Below, in pieces: positions 11,877 through 21,426 of a stretch of 64,000 bases of DNA. Numbering within the stretch: position 1 is the stretch's first letter; each line of letters opens with the position of its first letter. The position numbers and the translations under genes are program-made. The DNA comes from a virus, in the IMG/VR virus record IMGVR_UViG_3300020472_000012, positions 1 through 64,000 of that record; one strand, written 5' to 3'. Below the pieces are notes generated by a model. It saw only the letters and a list, made by a program, of their open reading frames with translations. It did not search any database and was not told where the DNA came from.

Positions 11877-11884
11877 TATAAATA
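11877..11884 (+). promoter_or_regulatory. Late promoter TATAAATA
   Basis: Exact consensus, intergenic. Confidence 0.75.
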
Positions 11885-11917
11885 CTACTGAAAACATTTA
11901 AAAGGTAGTAATTATAC

Positions 11918-12253
11918 ATGTCAGCAATAAGCAATTTATACATCGACCAAGGCTCAGATTTTTCTGTAACTGTAGGTATGACTGATGCAACATCAGCTGC
12001 ATTAGACCTAACTGGTGCAACATTTCTGGCTCAAATAAGGAAAACCCATTCTAGTTCTACTGTAACTGCAACTTTTGGTAGTTCACATGATAGTACAGGT
12101 GGGAATTTGACTTTGACTTTGGCTGATACAGTAACGGCAGGAATAACTTCTGGTCGTTATGTATATGATGTACTAATGACTAATTCTTCTGCTGAGAAGA
12201 CAAGAGTTTTAGAGGGACAAGCTATAATTACACCTAGCGTGAGTAGGAGTTAG
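11918..12253 (+). CDS. Small fibre-attachment/adaptor structural protein
   Basis: NLYIDQGSDF...DLTG...AQIRK...GRYVYDV...RVLEG...P.V pattern seen in T4-like fibre clusters. Confidence 0.7.
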   Translation: MSAISNLYIDQGSDFSVTVGMTDATSAALDLTGATFLAQIRKTHSSSTVTATFGSSHDSTGGNLTLTLADTVTAGITSGRYVYDVLMTNSSAEKTRVLEGQAIITPSVSRS

Positions 12254-12255
12254 AA

Positions 12256-12492
12256 ATGACCCAAGTTAAGGTTAATCAGTCACCATCTGTAAGTGTAAGT
12301 ATTGCAAATGCAGCTGGGAAACAAGTTAAACAGGTTTCGGTTGGTAAGTTGGATGGTTCAACTACACCAATAAACAGTTTACAAGATGTGGACACTACAA
12401 CAGCGACACTACAAAGTGGTACAACGCTGATATATGATTCAACAACGAACAATTTTGAGGCTACCAACAGTATTGATGGTGGGACATACTGA
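12256..12492 (+). CDS. Short fibre-associated protein
   Basis: LQDVD...LIYD motif; ends IDGGTY like the next gene. Confidence 0.6.
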   Translation: MTQVKVNQSPSVSVSIANAAGKQVKQVSVGKLDGSTTPINSLQDVDTTTATLQSGTTLIYDSTTNNFEATNSIDGGTY

Positions 12493-12522
12493 GAATTGAG
12501 AAATTAATGGAGAGAGAATAAT

Positions 12523-13974
12523 ATGTCAACAGTAATTCAGATTAAAAGAAGCACTGGTGTTTCTGCCCCTACTACATCTGACTTAGCACAAGGTGAATTA
12601 GCATACTCGATGGATGCTTCCAATGATGGAAGTGGTGCAATTCTTTATGTAGAGTCCCAGAACAATAGTGGTAGTGCAGTAATACAGAAACTAGGTGGTA
12701 AATATTATACTGATGTCTTAGATGGTACTACACCAACTCCAGCACCTTTTAAAGTAGGGAATGGTGCAACAAGTGGTGGTAGTATAAGATTATACGAAGA
12801 TACAGATAATGGAACTAACTATACTGCAATTAAGGCTGCAGACACAATCGCATCCGATGTAACCTATACACTTCCAAGTGCAGATGGTTCAAATGGACAA
12901 TTTTTAAAAACAGATGGTAGTGGCGGACTAAGTTTTGGTACTGTAGTATCAACACTATCTCTTGCAGCGGATACTGGGTCAAATGATTCACTATCTACTG
13001 GAGAGACAATTACATTTACTGGTGGAGAAGGAATAGACACAACAGTAAGTGATAATGAAATAACTATTGCTGGAGAAGATGCAAGTACATCTAATAAGGG
13101 TGTTGCATCTTTTAATTCATCACACTTTGATGTATCAAGTGGTGATGTAAGTGTTGCAGCTGCCTTCATGGTAACAGAATCCGAAGGTATAGGTTCAAAC
13201 GATAACGATACCACTGTTCCAACATCAGCTGCAGTCAAGGACTATGTAGATACAAATGTAACTGCACAGGACTTAGATGGTGCTGGAGACAGTGGCACAT
13301 TTGCAGTAGATTTAGATTCACAATCTCTAACAATTGCTGGTACAGCAAACGAGATTGAGACTTCTGCAAGTGGTCAAACATTAACAGTTGGACTACCATC
13401 TAATGTAACAGTAGGGAACAACCTTACAGTTACAGGTAACTTAACAGTTAATGGTACACAAACACAAGTAAATAGTACAACAGTAACAATTGATGACCCA
13501 ATCTTTGTTGTAGGTGGAGATTCTGCTCCTGGCTCAGACGATAATCTAGATAGAGGTATTGAGTTTAGGTGGCACAATGGTACAGCTGCAAAAATGGGGT
13601 TCTTCGGTTTTGATGATAGTACAGGTAAATTTACTTTCGTTCCAGATGCAACAGATACATCTTCTGTAATTTCTGGAACAAAAGGAAACCTCGACATTGG
13701 TGGATTAGACCTTGCTGGTTCAATCACAAGTGTTGATGGTTCAGCCCCAACTGCTGGTCAGTTGTTAATAGGTCATGGTTCTAATGGAGACATGGCACTT
13801 GCAACATTGACTGCTGGTGAGGGTATGGATGTCACTAATGCAGATGGTTCTATTACCATTGCTGGTGAAGATGCAAGTACAAGTAATAAAGGTATTGCAT
13901 CATTTAACTCAAGTGAGTTTACAGTTTCATCTGGTGCAGTTTCTATAACTGCAATTGATGGTGGAACTTATTAA
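12523..13974 (+). CDS. Tail fibre-like protein
   Basis: IQIKRS...P...LAQGELA N-terminal module; VGNNLTVTGNLTVNG; GEDASTSNKG repeats. Confidence 0.8.
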   Translation: MSTVIQIKRSTGVSAPTTSDLAQGELAYSMDASNDGSGAILYVESQNNSGSAVIQKLGGKYYTDVLDGTTPTPAPFKVGNGATSGGSIRLYEDTDNGTNYTAIKAADTIASDVTYTLPSADGSNGQFLKTDGSGGLSFGTVVSTLSLAADTGSNDSLSTGETITFTGGEGIDTTVSDNEITIAGEDASTSNKGVASFNSSHFDVSSGDVSVAAAFMVTESEGIGSNDNDTTVPTSAAVKDYVDTNVTAQDLDGAGDSGTFAVDLDSQSLTIAGTANEIETSASGQTLTVGLPSNVTVGNNLTVTGNLTVNGTQTQVNSTTVTIDDPIFVVGGDSAPGSDDNLDRGIEFRWHNGTAAKMGFFGFDDSTGKFTFVPDATDTSSVISGTKGNLDIGGLDLAGSITSVDGSAPTAGQLLIGHGSNGDMALATLTAGEGMDVTNADGSITIAGEDASTSNKGIASFNSSEFTVSSGAVSITAIDGGTY

Positions 13975-13989
13975 TAGAGGAAGTTTATA

Positions 13990-14412
13990 ATGGCATATTA
14001 TGATGGTGAAATTTTAACACCTGCTGATTCTGAAAAGAATTCTGCAAGAGATTTAGCATTACAGATTCCGCCTAAAGTTTTAGATGCATTATATATGCAA
14101 GACGAATCTGAATACTGGGTCGGTCAAACTAGTGGTGAAGTAAGAGTAGAAATACAAGACACTTCTGGTTACTCTAAGATTAAATCAAGAATGAGATATG
14201 ATACTTCTCCTTTTGAAAAAGAAGGTGGAAGAAGTCGATGGGATTTCGACACCTCTAAAGCAGAGGAAACATATGTGTATCAAGGTAATGTTCTCCGAGT
14301 AGGAGAAACTATAATTGATGCATTGGGGATAAATTCCTCAGAAACTAACAATGTCAGATGGACAGTAGATACTGATAACTGGCGTTGTGTATTAACAAAA
14401 GTAGTTAAATAA
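13990..14412 (+). CDS. Hypothetical protein
   Basis: GAGG RBS, coding-like codon use, no motif recognised. Confidence 0.6.
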   Translation: MAYYDGEILTPADSEKNSARDLALQIPPKVLDALYMQDESEYWVGQTSGEVRVEIQDTSGYSKIKSRMRYDTSPFEKEGGRSRWDFDTSKAEETYVYQGNVLRVGETIIDALGINSSETNNVRWTVDTDNWRCVLTKVVK

Positions 14413-14458
14413 CTAAAAGATTTTGGGTATATACCCAATGTATAAGGTGAGTTAAAAA

Positions 14459-15775
14459 ATGGCACAAACAGTTCAACTCAAAAGGAGTGCAACTGAGGGA
14501 GCCCAACCGAACACAAGTGACTTGTCACTTGGTGAGTTGGCTATTAATACCTATGATGGTAAGGTTTTCATCAAGAAGAGTGTTGGTGGAACTGAATCTG
14601 TCGTTGAGGTAGGTAAAACTTCTAATCAGTTCACTACTTATCAACATACCATATTCAGTAATGCTGGTGGAACACTATCGAATGGACAGACTTCATTTTC
14701 TGGTTCAGATGATAATGGTGATTCATTAAGTTATACTGCTGGAAATATCATTGTTGCATTAAATGGTGTGGTATTAGACCCACACGATTTTACTGCATCC
14801 AATGGAACAGCAGTAGTATTAGCAGCTGCAGTAAAGACATCCGATGTATTGGAAGTAATATCATTAGGAAAAGCATCTGGTTCTGCACTCACAAGTGTTG
14901 TAGTCTATGAATACGAAGCAACAGCAAACCAAACTGGATTTAGTGGTGCAGACCATAATAGTGCAACTCTATCTTATGACTTAGGAGAAGAATTAGTATT
15001 CGTTAATGGAATACTATTTGACCCAAGAGTTGGTAAAGATTACACACGAACAAATACAACTACAATAACAATGAACAGTGGGTTGCAAGAGGACGATGTT
15101 GTAGTAATCTATGTTTATGGTGGTGGTAATCCTTTTAAAAGATATCAGTTCGATTTAACATCTGGTTCAACAACTCAAGTAACTGGAACAGATGCAAATG
15201 GAGTAACATTAAGTTTCCATCCAGATTATACAGAAGTATATGCTAATGGTGTATTAATGCAGAAAGGTCAATGGACAGGTGGAGATGGAAAGACAATTAC
15301 CTTCACTGATGCATTTGTAGACCCAAACTATGTAATAGATATTATAGACTACAAGATAGATGCACCAAAGGTTAGACTATTTAGAGACTCATCACCATTC
15401 TTAGGTGGTAACTTAAATGTTGGTACATATAGTATCACATCATCAAGTGGTCAAGATATTAAATTCCAACCATCTTCTGGACAAGCAGTTCAGATTGATG
15501 ATGCACACTTACAACTAGACATTCTTGCAAGTGACCCTTCAACTGAAGCTGATAAGGTCGCAATATATGCTAAAGATGTATCTGCAAGTGCAGAGATGTT
15601 TGTAAGAGACGAGGCAGGTAATGTAACACAAATTTCTCCACACAATAGCAATGGAGAATGGATATATTATTCTGAAAACACAATAACAGGCAAACGATTT
15701 AAAGTGAATATGGAGAAGATGATTAGAAAACTCCAACAAATCACTGGAGAAACATTCATTGAAATTGATGAATAA
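14459..15775 (+). CDS. Fibre/virion structural protein
   Basis: VQLKRS...LSLGELAINTYDGK N-terminal module; three V(F/Y/A)xNG beta-sandwich-like repeats. Confidence 0.75.
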   Translation: MAQTVQLKRSATEGAQPNTSDLSLGELAINTYDGKVFIKKSVGGTESVVEVGKTSNQFTTYQHTIFSNAGGTLSNGQTSFSGSDDNGDSLSYTAGNIIVALNGVVLDPHDFTASNGTAVVLAAAVKTSDVLEVISLGKASGSALTSVVVYEYEATANQTGFSGADHNSATLSYDLGEELVFVNGILFDPRVGKDYTRTNTTTITMNSGLQEDDVVVIYVYGGGNPFKRYQFDLTSGSTTQVTGTDANGVTLSFHPDYTEVYANGVLMQKGQWTGGDGKTITFTDAFVDPNYVIDIIDYKIDAPKVRLFRDSSPFLGGNLNVGTYSITSSSGQDIKFQPSSGQAVQIDDAHLQLDILASDPSTEADKVAIYAKDVSASAEMFVRDEAGNVTQISPHNSNGEWIYYSENTITGKRFKVNMEKMIRKLQQITGETFIEIDE

Positions 15776-15783
15776 CATAAATA
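15776..15783 (+). promoter_or_regulatory. Late promoter variant CATAAATA
   Basis: One mismatch to consensus, intergenic. CTAAATA variants also lie at about 19757, 25669, 25953 and 31240. Confidence 0.6.
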
Positions 15784-15809
15784 CTTATTTTAAGAGGGAG
15801 AATTAGACA

Positions 15810-18800
15810 ATGCCAACAAAAGCAAGATATCTTGCAGACTTATTAAATGCATCTGGGGAGTTAGACTCTACTGGTGCAGTTGAGAGTATTCAAGATAATA
15901 TATCAACACTATTCAGTGCTGGAACTCATACAGGTATATCATTTACCTATGATGATTCCAATGCAACATTCAGTGCAGCCGTTAATCAAGACGCAGTTGC
16001 AGCTGGATTTTATCACAAAATCGCAGTAACAGTTTCAAGTAGCAAGTATTACTTGGATGGAACACAACAAGCAACAGCGATACTGTCTCCCTCAGTATTG
16101 TATAGATTTGACTTGTCTGATTCATCTAACGCTAATCATCCTCTAAGATTCTCTACTACTTCTGATGGAACACATAACTCTGGTGCAGAAATATCAGCAG
16201 GGTATACAACATATTCTAAACAAGGAACGCCAGGTTCATCTGGTGCATACACAGAAGTATGTTTTGAACAAGACCAAACAAACCCACTTTATTACTATTG
16301 TTCTGCACATAGTGGTATGGGTGGTACTGCATTGTTAGGTATTATGCCTAACTCAGATTTTTTAACAGAAGGTTCAACTAACCTTTACTATACAGACGAG
16401 AAAGTTCAAGATGTGGTTGGTGCTCAAATAGCAACCAATGGTTCACATACTGGATTAACTGCCACCTATGATGATGCTGGTGATGGTGCAATAGATATAG
16501 CACTATCCAGTGAATATGTACAAGACTTAGTAGGTGCAATGGTATCATCTAATACTGAGAGCGGTATTAGTGTAACATACGAAGATGGAGATGGTACTTT
16601 AGACTTCAATGTTAATGACCCAACAATTACCCTTGCTGGTGATGTTACTGGTTCTGCAACAATGACAGATTTAGGTAATGTATCTATTACCACAACCATT
16701 GCAGCTGATAGTATTGCATTAGGAACAGACACAACTGGAAACTATGTACAAACAATAACTGGAACTACAAACGAAATAGAAATATCTGGTTCTGGTTCAG
16801 AAAGTGCAGATGTAACAATAGGTTTACCGAATGATGTAACGATTGGAAATGATTTAACAGTTACAGGAGACTTAACTGTCTCTGGAACTACAACTACTGT
16901 ATCGTCATCAACAGTTGCAATTGCAGATGTAAACATGAAGGTTGCAAAAGATAACGCTGCAAATGCAGTAGACTTTGGAATATATGGTGCATACAATGAT
17001 GGTTCTGGAAAATTTGCTGGACTTAACTGGGATGCATCTGAGTCAGATAAGTTTAGACTCTTTCATGGAACTGCAACAGAACCAACTACTGTAGTAAATA
17101 CTGGTGCAAGTGGTTGGACAAAAGGAACATTAATTGCAGACTTAGAAGGTAACGCTTCTACTGCAACTGCATTAGAAACTTCAAGAACACTTGCATTAGC
17201 AGGTGATGTTACTGGTTCTGCATCTTTTGATGGAAGTGGAAATGCAACAATAACTGCAACTATATCTGCTGACTCTGTTGCATTAGGAACAGACACAACA
17301 GGAAATTATGTTGCAGATGTCGCTGGTGGAACTGGTATTACAGTTACACATAGTGCTGGTGAAGCATCAACACCTAGTGTTGCAGCCGACCTTGCAACAA
17401 CAAGTGCAGTTGGTGTTGCATCATTTAACTCTACAGACTTTACAGTAACTTCTGGTAATGTTGAGTTGGTTGATGAAGCAATTCAAGATGTGGCAGGTGC
17501 TCAATTAGCAACTAATGGTTCACATACTGGTATCACTGCAACATATGATGATGCTGGTGATGGGGCAATTGACCTTGCACTAATAACAGAAAATGTAGAA
17601 GATATAACTGGTGCTCAATTAGCAACCAATGGTTCCCATACAGGAATAACTGCAACTTACGATGATGCTGGAGATGGTGCAATAGACCTTGCATTAGTAA
17701 CAGAGAATGTACAAGACATTGCTGGAGCTCAACTTGCAACTAATGGTTCACATACTGGTATCTCATTTACATATGATGATGCTGGTGATGGTGCTATAGA
17801 TGCAGTAGTAAGTGGTGCAGCTGCAACTATCATATCAGATTTTGGTGAAGCAGTTGCCGACACAGTAGGGGCAATGTTCAGTGGAAACACAGAAACAAAC
17901 ATAACAGCAACATATGTTGATGATGATAATACTATTGACTTAGCCGTTTCTGGTAATATGTCTAGTATCGTATCAGATTATCAAGAAGCAATCGAAGATG
18001 TTGTAGGTGCAATGGTAGGTTCTAATACCGAAAGTGGTATTGCTGTAACATACGATGACACAAATGGTAAGTTAGACTTTGATGTATCAGACCCAACGAT
18101 TACTCTTGCTGGAGATTTAGGTGGTTCTGCAACAATAACTAACTTAGGAAATGCAACCTTAACTGCAACAATACAAGCTGGTTCTGTAGAAAACAGTATG
18201 TTAGCAGGTTCAATTGCAAACAGTAATCTTGCAAATTCAACAATAACAGTTTCCGATGGTTCTAACACAACTGCAACTGCATTGGGTGGAACAATAACAT
18301 TTGCTGGTACTTCAAACGAAGTAGATGTTGCAGAGAGTTCTGGAACAATTACATATGGACTACCATCTGATGTAACAATATCAAACGACTTAACAGTTAG
18401 TGGAGACTTAACAGTTACAGGGTCAACAACTCAAACTGGTGCTGTAGTAACAGACAATAACTTTACAGGGTTAACAAATGCAAACTCTGGAAACTCAACA
18501 GACTTTGGTTTCTATGGTAAGTATGTAGAATCTTCAACCACAAAATATGCTGGTTTATTCTACGATGCATCAACTGATAATACATTCAGACTCTTTAGAG
18601 ATACAGAAACAGTACCTTCAACAACAGTAAATACTTCTGCATCTGGTTATGGTGTTGCAACTCTAGTTGCAAATATTACAGGTGATGTTAGTGGTTCATC
18701 TGGAAGTACAACAGGTAACGCTGCTACTGCAACAGCACTTGCAAGTGCAAGAACTATTAGTGGTGTAAGTTTTGATGGTACTGCAAACATAACTTTAGAT

Positions 18801-19760
18801 ACAGACGACATTGGTGAAGGTTCAAGTAACCTCTATCATACAAGTGAAAGAGTACAAGATGTTGCTGGTGCTCAATTAGCAACTAATGGTTCACATACTG
18901 GTGTTTCAGTTGCATATGACGATGCTGGAGATGGTGCAATTGATATAACAGTTGCAAACTCAGACTTTGCATTGACTGGTGATGTAACTGGTACTGTAAC
19001 ACAGACTGCAAAAGGTAATGTATCAATTGCAACTACGATTGCAGCTGACTCAGTTGCATTAGGAACTGATACTACTGGTAATTATGTTGCTGGAGTAAGT
19101 GGTGGAACTGGTGTTTCAGTTAGTGGTTCTGGTTCAGAGAATGCAACTGCAACAGTTTCAATTGGACAAGCAGTAGCAACAACTAGTGATGTAACCTTTG
19201 CAGATATAGCTGCAACTGGTGATGTAACAATTACTGGTGACTTAACAATAAATGGTACAACAACTACTGCATCATCTACTAACACTGTAATTGCAGATAG
19301 ATTAATAGAATTAGGAAATGGAACTACTGGAACTCCAGCCAATGATATGGGTATTGTTCTTGAAAGAGGTTCATCCGATAATGTGTTTATTGGTTGGGAC
19401 GAAAGTGCAGATGTAGTTACAGTAGGAACTGGTTCATTTACAGGTGCATCAACTGGTGACTTAACAATAACAGCAGCTGCTTTAACAGCTGGAGAGTTCA
19501 CTGGTACTGGTGGTACATTTGGTAATGTTCAAGTAGGTGTAACAGGAGATGGAGAGATTGATACAAGTTCTGGTAACTTAACAATCGATTCTGCTGGTGG
19601 TACAACTACAATAGATGATACTGTATCAATAAGTGGAGCTGCAACAACAGACTATACAACAATTGGAAGTAGTGCAAAATCATTCAGAAATGTGTTCATT
19701 CACGACTCTGCACCGAGTGGTTCAGATGGTGCTGTGGGTGACATCTGGGTAACCTACTAA
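15810..19760 (+). CDS. Long tail fibre-like protein
   Basis: 1316 aa, G/T/D/S/A-rich, several repeat families, C-terminal SAPSGSDGAVGDIWVTY. Confidence 0.85.
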   Translation: MPTKARYLADLLNASGELDSTGAVESIQDNISTLFSAGTHTGISFTYDDSNATFSAAVNQDAVAAGFYHKIAVTVSSSKYYLDGTQQATAILSPSVLYRFDLSDSSNANHPLRFSTTSDGTHNSGAEISAGYTTYSKQGTPGSSGAYTEVCFEQDQTNPLYYYCSAHSGMGGTALLGIMPNSDFLTEGSTNLYYTDEKVQDVVGAQIATNGSHTGLTATYDDAGDGAIDIALSSEYVQDLVGAMVSSNTESGISVTYEDGDGTLDFNVNDPTITLAGDVTGSATMTDLGNVSITTTIAADSIALGTDTTGNYVQTITGTTNEIEISGSGSESADVTIGLPNDVTIGNDLTVTGDLTVSGTTTTVSSSTVAIADVNMKVAKDNAANAVDFGIYGAYNDGSGKFAGLNWDASESDKFRLFHGTATEPTTVVNTGASGWTKGTLIADLEGNASTATALETSRTLALAGDVTGSASFDGSGNATITATISADSVALGTDTTGNYVADVAGGTGITVTHSAGEASTPSVAADLATTSAVGVASFNSTDFTVTSGNVELVDEAIQDVAGAQLATNGSHTGITATYDDAGDGAIDLALITENVEDITGAQLATNGSHTGITATYDDAGDGAIDLALVTENVQDIAGAQLATNGSHTGISFTYDDAGDGAIDAVVSGAAATIISDFGEAVADTVGAMFSGNTETNITATYVDDDNTIDLAVSGNMSSIVSDYQEAIEDVVGAMVGSNTESGIAVTYDDTNGKLDFDVSDPTITLAGDLGGSATITNLGNATLTATIQAGSVENSMLAGSIANSNLANSTITVSDGSNTTATALGGTITFAGTSNEVDVAESSGTITYGLPSDVTISNDLTVSGDLTVTGSTTQTGAVVTDNNFTGLTNANSGNSTDFGFYGKYVESSTTKYAGLFYDASTDNTFRLFRDTETVPSTTVNTSASGYGVATLVANITGDVSGSSGSTTGNAATATALASARTISGVSFDGTANITLDTDDIGEGSSNLYHTSERVQDVAGAQLATNGSHTGVSVAYDDAGDGAIDITVANSDFALTGDVTGTVTQTAKGNVSIATTIAADSVALGTDTTGNYVAGVSGGTGVSVSGSGSENATATVSIGQAVATTSDVTFADIAATGDVTITGDLTINGTTTTASSTNTVIADRLIELGNGTTGTPANDMGIVLERGSSDNVFIGWDESADVVTVGTGSFTGASTGDLTITAAALTAGEFTGTGGTFGNVQVGVTGDGEIDTSSGNLTIDSAGGTTTIDDTVSISGAATTDYTTIGSSAKSFRNVFIHDSAPSGSDGAVGDIWVTY
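17470..17810 (+). repeat. Three tandem 38-aa (114-nt) fibre repeats
   Basis: ExxxDxxGAQLATNGSHTGIxxTYDDAGDGAID x3; further copies near 16400 and 18850. Confidence 0.85.
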
Positions 19761-19798
19761 ATACAGTAGTAGATAATGAATAGGAGTGAAGTCAGATA

Positions 19799-21373
19799 AT
19801 GGCATCAAAGATAAAGACAGGCCCAACAACTTGGACAGATACCTATGGTATGAGGGTAAAGACGCCTGGTGGGTGGAATAAGGTAGTTGATGTTAAGAGG
19901 AAAACTCCTACTGGGTGGCAGTTTGTTACTGGTACAATACAGGTAACTCAACCTTATCAACAGACTTATCAACAACCATATCAGCAACCCTTTCAACAAC
20001 CTTATCAACAACCATATCAGCAACAGAATAGTAGACCTTCTACTTATGAAGTAACTATACCTCGACCTGCTAACTACGAACAGACTATACCTAGACCGAA
20101 TCAATACGAACAAACGATTCCTAGACCTGCTAACTACGAACAGACTATACCTAGACCTTCTAGTTATGAACAAACTATACCTAGACCTTCTAGTTATGAA
20201 CAAACTATACCTAGACCAAATAGTTACGAACAGACAATACCAAGACCTACTACCTATCAGACACAAGGTACTAGGCCTGCATTCTATCAGTCTCAAGGTA
20301 CTAGACCTGCTTCATATGAGCAGACGATACCAAGACCTGCTTCATATGAACAGACGATACCAAGACCTGCTAACTACGAACAAACAATTCCTAGACCAGC
20401 TTTTTATCAGACACAGGGTACACACTTTTATCAAACCCAACATTTGCATCACTTCTATCAGACACAAGGGTCTCACTTTTATCAGACACAGGGTACATCA
20501 TTTCACCAGCACCAAAATGCTGGGTTCCACCAAATACAGAACTCTAGACCAACTACTTATCAGATACAAAATGCAAGACCTACTTTCTATCAAACTCAGA
20601 TAGCTGGATTCTTCCAGCCTGGGCCAGGTTTTAAAAATGGTGGTGGTACATGGTATCCACCTTCACAGCATCAGAATGCAAGACCTACTTTCTATCAAAC
20701 ACAAGGTAGTAGACCAGCATTCTACCAGACACAAGGTACACACTTTTATCAGACACAGCATTTACATCACTTCTATCAGATTCAGAATCAAGGATTCCAT
20801 CAGATACAGAATGCATCATTTCACCAACACCAGAATGCTGGATTCCATCAAGTGCAAAATTCTAGACCTACTTCTTATGAGGTTACTATTCCAAGACCTA
20901 CTTCTTATGAGGTAACAATATCTAGGCCTACAAGTTATGAGGTAACTATACCAAGACCGACTACTTATCAGATACAAAATGCAAGACCTACAACTTATCA
21001 GATACAAAACTCTAGGCCATCTTCATACGAGGTTACAATATCTAGACCTACTTCTTATGAAGTGACTATACCTAGACCTACTTCTTATGAAGTAACAATA
21101 CCTAGACCAACAAGTTATGAGGTAACAATACCTAGACCAACAAGTTATGAGGTAACAATACCGAGACCTACATCATATGAGGTTACTATTCCAAGACCTA
21201 CTTCATATGAACAGACGATAAGTAGACCAACTACTTATCAAGTTACTGCACCTAGACCAGCAACTCGTCCAACAACGAGACCTGCTACTAGACCAAGTAC
21301 AAGACCATCAACAAGACCAGTCTCTACATGGGATGGAGACCTTGCTAAGCCTTGGGATGGTTCATCAGATTAA
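19799..21373 (+). CDS. Mirror-symmetric repeat protein, putative fibre-tip hairpin adhesin
   Basis: Trp/Lys N-terminal domain; 4-, 10- and 8/9-aa repeat blocks mirrored around GFFQPGPGFKNGGGTWYPP; AGGAG RBS. Confidence 0.75.
   Translation: MASKIKTGPTTWTDTYGMRVKTPGGWNKVVDVKRKTPTGWQFVTGTIQVTQPYQQTYQQPYQQPFQQPYQQPYQQQNSRPSTYEVTIPRPANYEQTIPRPNQYEQTIPRPANYEQTIPRPSSYEQTIPRPSSYEQTIPRPNSYEQTIPRPTTYQTQGTRPAFYQSQGTRPASYEQTIPRPASYEQTIPRPANYEQTIPRPAFYQTQGTHFYQTQHLHHFYQTQGSHFYQTQGTSFHQHQNAGFHQIQNSRPTTYQIQNARPTFYQTQIAGFFQPGPGFKNGGGTWYPPSQHQNARPTFYQTQGSRPAFYQTQGTHFYQTQHLHHFYQIQNQGFHQIQNASFHQHQNAGFHQVQNSRPTSYEVTIPRPTSYEVTISRPTSYEVTIPRPTTYQIQNARPTTYQIQNSRPSSYEVTISRPTSYEVTIPRPTSYEVTIPRPTSYEVTIPRPTSYEVTIPRPTSYEVTIPRPTSYEQTISRPTTYQVTAPRPATRPTTRPATRPSTRPSTRPVSTWDGDLAKPWDGSSD
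19948..21325 (+). repeat. Coding tandem repeats (12-, 30- and 24/27-nt units)
   Basis: RPxxY(E/Q)xxxx decamers with synonymous third-position variation. Confidence 0.9.
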
Positions 21374-21426
21374 TGATTTGAAAGGGTAACTATATACCCT
21401 TATAAACTTTATATTATGGAGAAATT

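Noticed and set aside
20030-21240. 30-nt periodic DNA repeats resembling a CRISPR array or DGR repeat pair
   Set aside because: Units are contiguous and in frame, with synonymous variation and no unique spacers; no cas or reverse transcriptase gene in the window.
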